From: Verrucomicrobiota bacterium
GTDB lineage: Bacteria; Verrucomicrobiota; Verrucomicrobiia; Opitutales; Coraliomargaritaceae
DNA: 64,000 nucleotides
Direction of reading: 5' to 3'
Assembly (NCBI GenBank): GCA_039815375.1
Contig: JBCBZJ010000001.1
Coordinates: 160,001 to 224,000 of the forward strand
The translations under genes were made by a program, and so were the position numbers. The notes under the pieces were generated by a model. The model was given only the letters and a program-made list of their open reading frames with translations. It searched no databases and was not told the DNA's origin. Position 1 is the stretch's first letter. Every line of letters starts with the position of its first letter. Below, in pieces: positions 18,186 to 28,714 of the stretch.

Positions 18186-20975
18186 CTAGTGTGCTTCCAG
18201 CCAGTTGTTGCCGAGCCCGATGTCGATTTCGATAGGGCAGGCGAGTTCGAGGGCTTTGATCATGCCTTCTGCCACGAGTGCTTTGAGCTGTTCTTCTTCA
18301 TTGGGGTGGAGGTCGAAGACAAGTTCGTCATGCACTTGCAGCAACATGCGGCTTTGCAGGTTTTGCTCTGTAATGGAATTTTGAATACGAATCATGGCCA
18401 GCTTTATCATGTCCGCCGCTGTGCCTTGGATGGGCATGTTGATGGCGTTGCGTTCAGCTGCGGCGCGGACAGTGCCGTTGCTGGAGTTGATGTCGCGGAG
18501 GTAGCGGCGACGGCCGCAGATGGTTTCGACGTAGCCCTTCTCTTTCGCCGAGTCTTGTTGGGCGCTCATGTAGCCGGGGATGCCGGGGAATTGCTTGAAA
18601 TATTCGTCGATGATCTGCTGTGCTTCGGTCCGGCTGACGGTGCCGAGGCGCTGGGCCAGGCCGAAGGCGGAGATTCCGTAAGGGATGCCGAAGTTGACCA
18701 TCTTTGCGGTGCTGCGTTGGTCCCGTTCCACCGTGTCGGGCTCGACCGCGAAAATCTTGGCTGCTGTTGCGGTGTGGATGTCACGCTTTTCGCGAAAGGC
18801 GGTGAGCAGGCCTTCATCGCCGGTCAGTGCAGCGAGGATACGGAGCTCGATCTGCGAGTAATCGGCGGAGAGTAGCTTCCATCCTTCGCGGGGGACGAAC
18901 GCCTTGCGAATCTCCCGGCCACGCGCACTGCGGACTGGGATATTTTGAAGGTTCGGATCATTAGAGCTGAGGCGGCCGGTGGCAGTCTGCGCCTGACCAT
19001 AGTGAGTGTGGACGCGTCCGGTTTTGACATCGACAGAGTTGGGCAGGGCGTCGATGTAAGTGCTCTTCAGTTTGGTGAGCTGTCGATACTCGAGTAGGTC
19101 GGCGACAATCTGGTGTTTCGGAGCCAGGCTGGAGAGCACTTGCTCGTTGGTTGCGTATTGGCCGGTCTTCGTTTTCTTTGGCTTTTCAACGAGCTTGAGC
19201 TCGTCGAAAAGAACTTCCCCAAGCTGCTTTGGCGAGTTGAGGTTGAACTCCCTGCCTGCAGCCGCGTAGACGGTGTCCTGCAGCTCGATAATTTGATCTG
19301 CCATACTGCCGCCGATCTCTTTCAGCGTATTCTCGCACAGGAGTATGCCTTCGCGTTCCATTGCGACAAGCACAGGAAGCAGCGGTGTCTCGATCTCGTA
19401 GAAGATCTTGTCTTGCCCGCTTTCCTTTAGTTTGGGTTCAAAGAGTTCCCATAGTTGTGAGGTGACATCGGCATCTTCGATCGCGTAGTTGGCGAGTGCA
19501 GTCTCGTCGACGCTGGAATAGTCGATCGTCTCGCCCTTCTTAACATCCGGGAGGAGCTCGTTGAATCGAATCGTGGTGTATTGAAGGTAGTCCTCGGACA
19601 GAGTGTCGAGATTATGCCGCTGCTCGGGGTCGATGAGCGCGTGAGCCAGCATGGTATCGTAGCAGGGGCCTGCTACGGGACAATGGTTCTCGGCCAGCAC
19701 AGATAGGTCGAACTTCAGATTGTGGCCGATCTTTGTGAGCGTTGGATCTGCGAAGACAGGGCGCAAGAGATCAAGCGCGGTTTTTGTCGCAGGCACCCAG
19801 TAGCCGGAATGCTTTTTTGCAGAAAAGGAAATACCGACGAGCTCGGCGGTGCGAGGATTGAGTGCAGTGGTCTCGGTGTCGAAGGCGAAGCTTCCGGCAG
19901 CAGTCAACTCATCAGCTAGAGCTTTCAGTTCTGTATCCGTTTTAAGGATACGGTAGTCGGTTTCAATGTCGTCGAGTTTCTTGAAGGAAATGTCCGGGAT
20001 GAGGTCGAGTTGACCTTCGGGTGCTTCGGTTTTTTTAGCAGCGGTCTTCTCGTCGCCTTCACTCATGAGGACAAGGTCGCTGGCAGCTTCCTGAACTGAG
20101 AAGTCTGCTCCGAAGATACGTTTGCCAAGGGTGCGGAATTCAAATTCGGCGAAGAGTGGGGCGATCTTTTCCTTGTTCGGTTCCTCAAGTTCGAGCGTGT
20201 CCCATTCGGCCTCTATAGGCACGTCGAGTTGAATGGTAGCGAGTGTTTTGGAGAGGCGAGCCTGATCTGCATTGTCGCGAACCTTTTCCTGCTGCTTACC
20301 TTTAAGTTCGTCAACATGCTCGAGTAGTCCTTCGACGGTGTCGTATTTGGCGAGAAGTTTTTCGGCAGTCTTCGGGCCGATGCCGGGCACGCCGGGAATG
20401 TTGTCTACTGCGTCACCACAGAGCCCGAGCATGTCGATGACCTGGTCGACACGGGCGATGCCCCACTTTGCTTTGATTTCGTCGACACCCCAGATTTCAG
20501 CACCGTCGCCTTGGCGGCCCGGGCGATACATTTTCACCTTTTCAGTGACGAGCTGGCCGAAGTCCTTGTCCGGCGTGACCATGAAGATTTCTTCGAAGCC
20601 ATCGGCTTCGGCACGATGGGCGAGGGTGCCGATGATATCATCGGCTTCGTAGCCATCAAGTTTGAGCACAGGTATACCGAAGGCGCCTGCGACGCGATCA
20701 AGATGAGGCATCGCTGCGGAGAGATCTTCCGGCATGTCTTCGCGGTTGGCTTTGTATTCAGTATGGATACGGTGACGTTCTGTTGGTGCGGAGGTGTCGA
20801 AAACCACGGCAAGATGGCTGGGCTTCTGTTTCGCGACCAGATCAATAAGCGTCGCTGTAAAACCGAAGATAGCCGAGGTATTAAAGCCCTTGGAGGTGTA
20901 GATCGGGCTGCGGATGAGGGCAAAATGTGCGCGATAAGCCAGCGCCATGCCGTCGAGGAGGTAGAGACTCTTCAT
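18186..20975 (-). CDS. polA: DNA polymerase I
   Basis: 5'-3' exonuclease (LLDG, YKANR, EADD), 3'-5' exonuclease DTET, polymerase motifs DYSQIELR and VHDE. Confidence 0.98.
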   Translation of the reverse strand: MKSLYLLDGMALAYRAHFALIRSPIYTSKGFNTSAIFGFTATLIDLVAKQKPSHLAVVFDTSAPTERHRIHTEYKANREDMPEDLSAAMPHLDRVAGAFGIPVLKLDGYEADDIIGTLAHRAEADGFEEIFMVTPDKDFGQLVTEKVKMYRPGRQGDGAEIWGVDEIKAKWGIARVDQVIDMLGLCGDAVDNIPGVPGIGPKTAEKLLAKYDTVEGLLEHVDELKGKQQEKVRDNADQARLSKTLATIQLDVPIEAEWDTLELEEPNKEKIAPLFAEFEFRTLGKRIFGADFSVQEAASDLVLMSEGDEKTAAKKTEAPEGQLDLIPDISFKKLDDIETDYRILKTDTELKALADELTAAGSFAFDTETTALNPRTAELVGISFSAKKHSGYWVPATKTALDLLRPVFADPTLTKIGHNLKFDLSVLAENHCPVAGPCYDTMLAHALIDPEQRHNLDTLSEDYLQYTTIRFNELLPDVKKGETIDYSSVDETALANYAIEDADVTSQLWELFEPKLKESGQDKIFYEIETPLLPVLVAMEREGILLCENTLKEIGGSMADQIIELQDTVYAAAGREFNLNSPKQLGEVLFDELKLVEKPKKTKTGQYATNEQVLSSLAPKHQIVADLLEYRQLTKLKSTYIDALPNSVDVKTGRVHTHYGQAQTATGRLSSNDPNLQNIPVRSARGREIRKAFVPREGWKLLSADYSQIELRILAALTGDEGLLTAFREKRDIHTATAAKIFAVEPDTVERDQRSTAKMVNFGIPYGISAFGLAQRLGTVSRTEAQQIIDEYFKQFPGIPGYMSAQQDSAKEKGYVETICGRRRYLRDINSSNGTVRAAAERNAINMPIQGTAADMIKLAMIRIQNSITEQNLQSRMLLQVHDELVFDLHPNEEEQLKALVAEGMIKALELACPIEIDIGLGNNWLEAH

Positions 20976-21038
20976 TGCAGAGCATTTAACCGCATACTTT
21001 GCCGTAAGCGCAAAGACGAAAATGCGGCGATGCCGTCT

Positions 21039-21932
21039 TTATGCAGACTGTTGGCGAATTGTGGCAAAGGCCTTTGCGACCTGACCGATCTTCCACTTGC
21101 CTTCGATTTCGATGGGGCCCCGGTAGCCGCCTCTGCGGAGTGCCTCAAAGTAGGGGCCGAAGTCCTGGCCGCCCACACCTGGAATCGTGCGACCTTTGGC
21201 TTCGGCGATTTCGACTATATCGACCAGATGCGCATATTTCTCCAAAACCTCGGGCGGGTCTTCCATGACGGAACCGTGGTAGAGATCTGCGAGCATACGA
21301 ATATGAGGGTGGTCAGTCTTGGTGACGATTTCGCCAACTTCAGCTAAGCGAGTGAGGTAATTGCACTCTTGTTTCCGTAAATTCTCGACTGTAATGACGA
21401 TACCGGCATCGCCGGCGACGTCCCCCAGTTTTTTGAGAAGCGGAATAAACGCTTCGTCGGCCTGTTCTTTCGTCCAACCTTCGGGCAATTTCCGTGAACC
21501 TGAGCTTCCAAAAACGATTCTTTCGACCCCGGCTCGCTTGGCTCTTTGGCAAGCGATTGCCGCAAAACGCAGGATGTTATCGACGCGGGCGTTGGGTCCG
21601 ATGGAACGTAGTGTTTCACCTTGAAGAAAGCCGTTGCAGCTCAAAACCGGTATTGGGGATTCTTCAAGAAGCTGTAATTGCTTTTCAAATTCGGCTTCTG
21701 GTGCGTTCGGGATGAGGCACTTGTTGACTGAAACGAGCAGGAAATCGGCACCTTCGGCAGCAACTGCAGCGGCCCTGTTGAGTCCGGCGTTGATACCCAT
21801 TTGAGTAAAGAGTGGAGCGTCGACTGCCTCTCTTTCGGCAGATACCCGGCGTCCCATCAGTGGCAGGCTAAGGCCAAGAATTGCTCCAGCCCGGATTAAA
21901 TCTCTTCGTCTTGTGCTGGAGTCCTTTTTCAT
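21039..21932 (-). CDS. Tat-exported sugar phosphate isomerase/epimerase (xylose-isomerase-like TIM barrel)
   Basis: Twin-arginine RRRDLI, VFGSS, VENL, DLYH and IEIE motifs. Confidence 0.85.
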   Translation of the reverse strand: MKKDSSTRRRDLIRAGAILGLSLPLMGRRVSAEREAVDAPLFTQMGINAGLNRAAAVAAEGADFLLVSVNKCLIPNAPEAEFEKQLQLLEESPIPVLSCNGFLQGETLRSIGPNARVDNILRFAAIACQRAKRAGVERIVFGSSGSRKLPEGWTKEQADEAFIPLLKKLGDVAGDAGIVITVENLRKQECNYLTRLAEVGEIVTKTDHPHIRMLADLYHGSVMEDPPEVLEKYAHLVDIVEIAEAKGRTIPGVGGQDFGPYFEALRRGGYRGPIEIEGKWKIGQVAKAFATIRQQSA

Positions 21933-21941
21933 CGAAGCGCC

Positions 21942-23426
21942 TTATACTAGTTTCGGAACTTCGAAACCTTTACGGTAATTCGGGCCGATCAGCTCCTTGC
22001 CCATAAGAGGTTTCAGAACTTCGCCCGTCTCAGTATTCAAGTGAACGGTTTTACCGGCGAAGTATTGCGGCTTATTAATTCCCCACGCCTTCAACTGCTC
22101 ACTCTGATCCGAGAGGATTTCCATGAGGTCTTCATTGCCCTGCACGGAAGACTTCAAGGTACTTTCATCGGTCAGCGTTCCTGTACGATAAGCTGCGTTG
22201 CCGAAGTGCATGACGGCTTCAGCAGGAGTTGATTTCGCGACGGTGGTAGGCAGTGTGGAGCTGTCATTATTGCGGACTGCCTCGATAAAAGATTGCTGGT
22301 GGCTTTTTCCGCCATCGCCCTTGAATCTCCGGATGATGGTTTTTTCGTCCGGCTCGACCGCGACCATGCCGCCTCGGCCGCCTTTGAGGAAACCGCCTTC
22401 GCATTCTGCAACGATCCCGACACGAGTGCCCATACGGATTGATGATGCATTACGGTCAGGACCTAGCTTGACGTCATTGGTTTCCAGAATCACCTCAACG
22501 CCTCCCCATTTGCACCAGATGGTAAACATATTCGGGGTATTCCCTGCATCGTTCCAGGCAAAGCGGTTGCCGAAACAATTGATTTGTTCGGGTAGCCCTG
22601 GGTGCCCGAGCAACCAGTAAACCATGTCGGTTTCGTGGACCCCCTGGTTCCCCATGTCACCGTTTCCGGTGTTAAAATCCCAATGCCAGTCATAGTGAAT
22701 TTTTGGACGCATGATCGGCTGTTCTTGAGCGGGTCCGAGCCATAAATCAAAGTCCATAGTGGAAGGTATTTTCAGCGGTTGCGCGAGAGGGCTCCCAATG
22801 GAATCTCGATTGCGGTAGCAGAGGGAGCGGACTTTGAGGATTTTGCCGAGGTTTCCATCCTGCACAAACTGGATGCCGTTTTGAGGTCCCGGGTCGGATC
22901 GATTCTGAAACCCGGGAGCAATTATTTTTCCGTAGCGCTCGGTGGCGGCTTGTAGTTGGTGGCCTTCCCAGGGAGTGAAGCTCAACGGCTTTTCCAGATA
23001 GACATGCTTGCCGGCTTGCACCGCATGGATGGCTTGAAGGGTGTGCCAGTGGTTCGGGCTGCTGATAATGACAGCATCGATATCAGAACGTTCGTAGAGT
23101 TTCCGGTAGTCCTGAATGGTGTCGACGCTTGTGCTGGTAAAGTTCCTATTCTTGGCCTCGGTTATGCTTTTGTTTATGACGCCCATTTGCTCCTGCATTT
23201 GAGCTGTGTCGGGATCACAGATCGCAACAACTTCGACGTTGGGAATATTCAAAAACTGTTTCAGTAGCACTGCCGACCTGCTGCCCATGCCGACAAAGCC
23301 AACGCGGATTCGTTCATTTGCACCGATAATTTTCTCTGCACTCAGTGCGCTCGAAGCCAAAGTCAGGCCTGAAGTATAGAGGAAATGACGACGGGAGATA
23401 GTCGAGTAGGGGGTATTACATTTCAT
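21942..23426 (-). CDS. Tat-exported Gfo/Idh/MocA oxidoreductase
   Basis: SRRHFL, VGMGSR, PNHWH, GKHVYLEKP, DLWLGPA, GDMGNQGVH. Confidence 0.92.
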   Translation of the reverse strand: MKCNTPYSTISRRHFLYTSGLTLASSALSAEKIIGANERIRVGFVGMGSRSAVLLKQFLNIPNVEVVAICDPDTAQMQEQMGVINKSITEAKNRNFTSTSVDTIQDYRKLYERSDIDAVIISSPNHWHTLQAIHAVQAGKHVYLEKPLSFTPWEGHQLQAATERYGKIIAPGFQNRSDPGPQNGIQFVQDGNLGKILKVRSLCYRNRDSIGSPLAQPLKIPSTMDFDLWLGPAQEQPIMRPKIHYDWHWDFNTGNGDMGNQGVHETDMVYWLLGHPGLPEQINCFGNRFAWNDAGNTPNMFTIWCKWGGVEVILETNDVKLGPDRNASSIRMGTRVGIVAECEGGFLKGGRGGMVAVEPDEKTIIRRFKGDGGKSHQQSFIEAVRNNDSSTLPTTVAKSTPAEAVMHFGNAAYRTGTLTDESTLKSSVQGNEDLMEILSDQSEQLKAWGINKPQYFAGKTVHLNTETGEVLKPLMGKELIGPNYRKGFEVPKLV

Positions 23427-23499
23427 AAGACATGAAGACAATGAACGCATCCATTGGTTCTTTCAATGGTTATGTATAGCTTAGCTATTCTTAGGAAAG

Positions 23500-24882
23500 T
23501 TACTGATACGTCTCTCTCACTAGTTTCTTTAGGTAATGTCGACCGCTGTCTTCGTCGGCAAAGCTGCCGTCGAGCTGTGCTTCGTAGGCGCGGTCGAGAA
23601 TCTTGCCGAAGTGGGGGCCGGGTTTGATGTCGAGCTCGATGAGGTGGCGTCCGAGAACAATAGGCTTTGGCGCGTTATCCTGAATGGCGAGCTCGGTAGC
23701 GCGCTTGAGCAGCCACTTGCCTTCTGGAAAGTCGTTGGGAGGGATCGGAGGGCGCCCGCTTTTATCCGCATGGGCCACGCGGGCGAGCCGGTCGACGCGT
23801 TTGACACGGGCGGCGAGTCGACGGATCGCAGAGTCGCCTGCTTTGTCGCGATAGAGCGCTAGCGGGCGCATGTGTTGTTCCACTAATGGAAGGACTTCCT
23901 CAAAGATCTTTTTCTGACGTGTCAAGCGCTCGAGGAAGCGTTGTGCCACGGGCACGCCTTCAACGTCGTGGCGTGGGCTTCGAATACGGCCTGAGTCATC
24001 CGTGTAGCTCGTATCGGGTTTTCCGAAATCGTGACAAAGAACGGCTAGGCCGACGACGAGGTCTTCCCATTCCTCGCCTCTGCGGTTTTGAGCATAAGCA
24101 TCAAGACAATGAAGGGTATGCACCCAAACGTCGCCCTCTGGGTGCCAATGCGGGTCCTGTTCACAACCCACCAATGCCTTGAGTTCTGGAAAGTAGGGTA
24201 GCCATCCACATTCTTTCAGGAAGTTGAGACCACTTGAAATGGACTCACCCTTTAGGATGAGCTTTTTCCATTCTTCCCAAAGGCGTTCGGCTGGGAGGTC
24301 CGATGGGCTGAGGTGACGGCAGAGCTCGATCGTTTTTCGATCTGCGGTAAGATTGAAGCGAGCGATGAACTGCATGCCGCGCAGAACGCGGAGCGGATCT
24401 TCCGAAAAGGCGGCAGAGACGTGGCGCAGCACACCTGCCTTGAGGTCGATGAGACCGTTGTAAGGATCAATGATTTCGCCGGTTAGCGGGTCATAGCTGA
24501 TGGCGTTGATCGTGAAGTCACGACGTGAAGCAGCTTCCTGAGGCGACATGCCAGGATCACCCTCAATTTTGAAGTCGGTGTGCTTAGGGCCTGTCTTCGA
24601 TTCGCGGCGAGGCAGGGCGATATCGATGTCGAGACCCTTCAATATGAAAACACCGAAACTGCGGCCAACCGTATCCAGATGGAAATGCTCTTGAAGAACG
24701 GACTCAACGGTTTCAGCTTCCAGACCGTAGACTTCCATGTCGACGTCCTTGGCAGGGAGACCCAGTAAGCTATCTCTTACGCAGCCACCGACAATCAGGG
24801 CACGTCCGTTAGCTTTATGGATGAGTTCAGCGACTCGAAGTGTCGTATCTTGCTGGGACTTTGTGAGACTCTCAACTAGCAT
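23500..24882 (-). CDS. cca: CCA-adding enzyme / tRNA nucleotidyltransferase with HD domain
   Basis: [42 protein letters not shown]; start taken at ATG 24882. Confidence 0.88.
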   Translation of the reverse strand: MLVESLTKSQQDTTLRVAELIHKANGRALIVGGCVRDSLLGLPAKDVDMEVYGLEAETVESVLQEHFHLDTVGRSFGVFILKGLDIDIALPRRESKTGPKHTDFKIEGDPGMSPQEAASRRDFTINAISYDPLTGEIIDPYNGLIDLKAGVLRHVSAAFSEDPLRVLRGMQFIARFNLTADRKTIELCRHLSPSDLPAERLWEEWKKLILKGESISSGLNFLKECGWLPYFPELKALVGCEQDPHWHPEGDVWVHTLHCLDAYAQNRRGEEWEDLVVGLAVLCHDFGKPDTSYTDDSGRIRSPRHDVEGVPVAQRFLERLTRQKKIFEEVLPLVEQHMRPLALYRDKAGDSAIRRLAARVKRVDRLARVAHADKSGRPPIPPNDFPEGKWLLKRATELAIQDNAPKPIVLGRHLIELDIKPGPHFGKILDRAYEAQLDGSFADEDSGRHYLKKLVRETYQ

Positions 24883-24887
24883 GCATT

Positions 24888-24926
24888 GGAGTGGAAAGTA
24901 GGGAGTAGAAAGTAGGGAGTGGGAGC
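24888..24926. repeat. Short intergenic tandem repeat (7/14-nt period)
   Basis: GGAGTGG AAAGTAG GGAGTAG AAAGTAG GGAGTGG. Confidence 0.6.
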
Positions 24927-24940
24927 TTTGAGGCTGGCAA

Positions 24941-25780
24941 TCAGCTATTGCGGATCGCCGGGTCACCCCAGTCGAGTTTGTCGCGGACAATGGCAAAGTG
25001 CGAGTGGTCGGGGTGTTGCATGAGGCGGAATTTCTTCTCGGCTACGGTGACCTGAATGGGTAAGTTGCCGGAAGGTCCGAAGCGCATGCGCCCGTCGACA
25101 ATAATGCACGGACAGGATTCGGATTCGCCGCTTTCAATGGCAATTTTGGATGAGTTGTCGAAGATGACCGAACGGTTGCCGAGTGTGTGCGGACAGATCG
25201 GTGTCATGGCAATGGCGCTTACCCTTGGACCGATGATTGGGCCTCCGGCAGAAAGGTTGTAAGCGGTGGAGCCGGTCGGTGTGGCGAAAATCAGGCCGTC
25301 ACAATGGTATTCCGAAACTGGATTGCCGTTTGAGGAAACTCGAAGGCGGATGAGACCTCGACCTTCCGTCTCCTTCAGCACGACATCGTTCAAGCCGTAT
25401 ACGGATTCACCTTTCGATGTTGTGCATTGGAGAACGGATCGTTCCGCGATGGAATAGTTGCCTTTGATCAGACCTGCCAGCTCGTTGCCGGCGTCTTCCT
25501 GAGTAAATGTAGCGAGGAAGCCCAGCTTGCCCAGATTGACTCCAAGAACTGCTGCGCCGGACTCAAGCGCTGCATCAAGAACGCCGAGCAAAGTGCCATC
25601 ACCGCCAATTGCGATACAGAGGTCCTGGCCGGCCAAGGCATTCGAAGGCAGGGGATACTCTGTCGAGATGCTTGTCTTGACGCCTTCGCAATCTGCCAGC
25701 CCAGCGAGAAAACGAGCGGTTTCTTCTGTTCCCTGCTTTGTCGTATTGACCGCGAAGGTAATGGATTGGATCGCTTGCAT
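24941..25780 (-). CDS. nadK: NAD kinase
   Basis: [39 protein letters not shown]. Confidence 0.96.
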   Translation of the reverse strand: MQAIQSITFAVNTTKQGTEETARFLAGLADCEGVKTSISTEYPLPSNALAGQDLCIAIGGDGTLLGVLDAALESGAAVLGVNLGKLGFLATFTQEDAGNELAGLIKGNYSIAERSVLQCTTSKGESVYGLNDVVLKETEGRGLIRLRVSSNGNPVSEYHCDGLIFATPTGSTAYNLSAGGPIIGPRVSAIAMTPICPHTLGNRSVIFDNSSKIAIESGESESCPCIIVDGRMRFGPSGNLPIQVTVAEKKFRLMQHPDHSHFAIVRDKLDWGDPAIRNS

Positions 25781-25783
25781 GGA

Positions 25784-26743
25784 TTAATCGGCGAGCTGAA
25801 TCTCTTTAGCGAAAATCACAAGTTGGCTATCGTTTGGCTTAACCGGAAAAATCTGGCCGCGCAAATAGACTCTTTGCTTAAGGAAAGGATTGAGATCTTC
25901 AATGAAGATACCAGAAAAGTCGACATAGGCAATCAGGCGGCCGTCAGGAGAGCGGAGGCGAACGGGGTAGGTAGGGCCTTCGGCTGTGATTTCGCGAACG
26001 AGAATTCCGGTTAAGAGCCGAAGTGCTTTGTCCGATTCAGGTGTGCTCTTGGATTTCTCTCCGACCTGTGTTTCCTCCGGGCCGACCATGATGTCGTCAT
26101 ATTCTTCGGGATATTCCGGTGCTGCGACCGGCCGGTAAGGCTGCTGCCGTATGATCGGCGGGGCGGGACGCCAGGTGCGATTAAGAACCCGGTTCGGGGT
26201 TGGGCGACGGCCTTGCCATTCGATTGGTTCTGCAGGTGTGGGCTGTTCGGGCTTGGGTTCGTCAATAGTGAGGGGCTCCGGTAAAGGCACTAAATTCAGC
26301 ACCGGCGGTTCGGGTGCGTTTTCGATTATCGGTTCAGCCGGTGCGGGTCTTTTATAGAACACCGTCATGCGTTTGATGAATCCTGCGGTTGTCCAACCAT
26401 CTTTGGCGTTGAGAATTTCGTAGATATCACCTTCGGCAACTTCGGTTAGCATATCGGCAGTGCCACTGGGAAGATGGCGCACGGCTGTTCCAGGCACGAT
26501 AGCAAAGTTCTTGTTGAGGGTGGCAGTTGGCACGTAGCCCTCGAACGGAATGTCGAGCTTGAGTGTGAGCCAGTCTTCATCGGCCGGCACGGCGTCGAGG
26601 AGCACTTTTTCGGTGGCAACGATAGTGGAAACAATAGGTGCAGCCTCATCCGGGTGCAGACGCAGCTCAATCTCATCTGTGCTCGCTGTGGCCGAGACAA
26701 CAGTCTGTAGAATCACGAATATGATGGCGAGGGCCCTGAACAT
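25784..26743 (-). CDS. Exported hypothetical protein with SH3b-like N-terminal repeats and a Pro-rich linker
   Basis: Signal peptide; VRHLPS...GDIYEIL..KDGW SH3b-like pattern; PEP/PAP-rich middle. Confidence 0.6.
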   Translation of the reverse strand: MFRALAIIFVILQTVVSATASTDEIELRLHPDEAAPIVSTIVATEKVLLDAVPADEDWLTLKLDIPFEGYVPTATLNKNFAIVPGTAVRHLPSGTADMLTEVAEGDIYEILNAKDGWTTAGFIKRMTVFYKRPAPAEPIIENAPEPPVLNLVPLPEPLTIDEPKPEQPTPAEPIEWQGRRPTPNRVLNRTWRPAPPIIRQQPYRPVAAPEYPEEYDDIMVGPEETQVGEKSKSTPESDKALRLLTGILVREITAEGPTYPVRLRSPDGRLIAYVDFSGIFIEDLNPFLKQRVYLRGQIFPVKPNDSQLVIFAKEIQLAD

Positions 26744-26782
26744 ATTAGCTACTATGGTTGAGGATCGCTTGTTTGACCAGCG

Positions 26783-27514
26783 TCAAGAGAAGAGGCGCTC
26801 GATGTCTTTTTTGCCCATGATTTTAATGCCGCCCTTGGGTATATTTTTGAGGACAATACCACCGATTTGCACGCGGACCAGTTTCTTAACGAAGTAGCGG
26901 TTGGCTTCGAAAAGTCGTCGGACCTCACGTTTCTTACCATGATGCAGATGCACCTCGAGCCGGCGCAGATGGCCCTCACCGACGGCAGGTGCAGGGATGA
27001 CTTTTTCCGCTTTTAGAAAGTCTCCTTCATAGTCGACACCGCTGAGGAGCCTGGGAATGTCGTCCTTATTGAAATCGCGGTGGAGCACGACACGATAGCG
27101 TTTTACAATTTGTGTGCTGGGGTGGGTGATTCGATGGGCGAGATCACCGTCGTTTGTCAACACGAGCAAGCCCTCGCTATCTTTATCAAGACGGCCCGCG
27201 CAGAAGAGGCGCTGACGCTGAAGGTCGAGTGGAAGCAGTTCGAAAACGGTGCGTTCCGCGTGCGGGTCTGAGTTCGTGCAAAGCACGCCCTTGGGTTTAT
27301 TCATCAGGACGGTGAGCGCGGTTTCCGTGTTTTGGCGGATCGGCTTGTTGTTGACGAAAATGGCTGCCTCCGGCGTAGCCTTGTCACCGAGCTGTGCGAT
27401 CTTCCCATTTACTCGGACTCTACCGTCCTCAATCAGACGCTCGGCTTCGCGCCTCGAGCAGAGGCCGGAATTGGCGATTAGTTTCTGGATGCGTTGTTCT
27501 TGCGCGTCGGGCAT
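26783..27514 (-). CDS. rluB: rRNA pseudouridine synthase, RsuA/RluB family
   Basis: S4 domain RIQKLIANSGLCSRREAE, NKPKG, GRLDKDSEGLL; true start ATG 27514. Confidence 0.9.
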   Translation of the reverse strand: MPDAQEQRIQKLIANSGLCSRREAERLIEDGRVRVNGKIAQLGDKATPEAAIFVNNKPIRQNTETALTVLMNKPKGVLCTNSDPHAERTVFELLPLDLQRQRLFCAGRLDKDSEGLLVLTNDGDLAHRITHPSTQIVKRYRVVLHRDFNKDDIPRLLSGVDYEGDFLKAEKVIPAPAVGEGHLRRLEVHLHHGKKREVRRLFEANRYFVKKLVRVQIGGIVLKNIPKGGIKIMGKKDIERLFS

Positions 27515-27613
27515 GGCGAACTTGAGCCGATGCAGAAGGGTGCTGTCAATGTTGCTCGAAGGATACATTCTTGCTTGCCCGTCCTGAGAATAGGCTGGAG
27601 AGTGCGCAGATTC

Positions 27614-28360
27614 ATGACTGAATCTACCGAAAACAAAATTGCCCTTGTGACCGGCGCCGGGCGCGGCATCGGGAAGAGTGTGGCCGAGCTGCTCGCCTCC
27701 AAAGGTCACCATGTGATCTGTATTAGCCGTTCCGAAGGGTCCTGTGGTGGAGTTGCAGACGGAATTAATGCCAGCGGTGGCTCTGCCGAGTCTTTGGCCC
27801 TGGATGTAGCGGATAAGGCCGCTGTTCAAGCCGCTTGCGAACAGCTCCTCGAAAAGCATGGCAACATCGATATCCTCGTTAACAATGCCGGTATCACCAA
27901 GGATGGCCTGTTGTTCCGAATGAGCGACGAGGATTGGGACGATGTCATCGCGACCAACCTTACCAGCTGCTTTACTTTCATAAAATATCTTGCCCGTCCG
28001 ATGACTCGTAAGCGCTGGGGCCGGATTATAAATATGTCTTCCGTCATCGGACTGACCGGAAATGCCGGACAGGCCAATTACGCTGCAGCAAAGGCTGGCA
28101 TGATCGGTTTGACCAAGAGCCTCGCCAAGGAGTTTGCCGCCCGGAATGTGACTGTAAATGCGGTTGCCCCCGGATTTATCGCGACAGATATGACGGCCGA
28201 GCTTAACGAAAAGCAGCAAGAAGCCATCGTCGGCATCATCCCCATGAAACGCATGGGCCAATCTTCAGACATCGCCGCAACTACCGCATTTCTTGCATCA
28301 GAAGATGCAGGTTACATTACCGGTCAGGTTTTTACAGTTGACGGTGGTATGGTGATGTGA
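27614..28360 (+). CDS. fabG: 3-oxoacyl-ACP reductase
   Basis: TGAGRGIG, NNAG, YAAAK, VDGG; start ATG 27614. Confidence 0.97.
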   Translation: MTESTENKIALVTGAGRGIGKSVAELLASKGHHVICISRSEGSCGGVADGINASGGSAESLALDVADKAAVQAACEQLLEKHGNIDILVNNAGITKDGLLFRMSDEDWDDVIATNLTSCFTFIKYLARPMTRKRWGRIINMSSVIGLTGNAGQANYAAAKAGMIGLTKSLAKEFAARNVTVNAVAPGFIATDMTAELNEKQQEAIVGIIPMKRMGQSSDIAATTAFLASEDAGYITGQVFTVDGGMVM

Positions 28361-28395
28361 TGGTCAAAAACCTCTAATTTAATCCTAGAAAACAC

Positions 28396-28650
28396 ATGGC
28401 AGATCAAACAATTGAACAACGCGTAAAGACTATCATCGTCGACCAGCTCAACGTAAATGAAGAGCAGGTCACTCCTGAAGCTTCCTTTCTGGACGATCTC
28501 GGTGCCGACTCTCTCGACACTGTTGAGCTGATCATGGCTTTTGAGGAGGAGTTCAGTGATGAGATCGATGGCGAAATCCCCGAGTCTGAAGCGGAAAAGC
28601 TCCAAACCGTCGGCGATGTTATCAAATACATCACCGAAAAGGCTGGATAA
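28396..28650 (+). CDS. acpP: Acyl carrier protein
   Basis: DLGADSLD phosphopantetheine motif. Confidence 0.98.
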   Translation: MADQTIEQRVKTIIVDQLNVNEEQVTPEASFLDDLGADSLDTVELIMAFEEEFSDEIDGEIPESEAEKLQTVGDVIKYITEKAG

Positions 28651-28671
28651 AATTCTCCTTCCCTACTTTCG

Positions 28672-28703
28672 ATTGAGCCGCTTAAATGCGGCTTAATTTT
28701 TTT
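28672..28703 (+). terminator. Intrinsic terminator/attenuator between acpP and fabF
   Basis: ATTGAGCCGC-TTAAAT-GCGGCTTAAT followed by a T-run. Confidence 0.75.
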
Positions 28704-28714
28704 ATAAGCAGCAC

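Noticed and set aside
20511..21347. 278-aa plus-strand ORF
   Set aside because: Antisense to polA and the isomerase gene; no motifs.
24883..24996. N-terminal extension of cca in the ORF track
   Set aside because: It overlaps the nadK 3' end and the tandem repeat; not part of the family fold.
27494..27613. N-terminal extension of fabG
   Set aside because: It overlaps the divergent pseudouridine synthase start; the SDR fold begins at ATG 27614.
26783..28261. 492-aa ORF that looks like a long N-terminal fusion to the pseudouridine synthase
   Set aside because: The extension is the antisense frame of fabG; the S4 domain begins right after ATG 27514.
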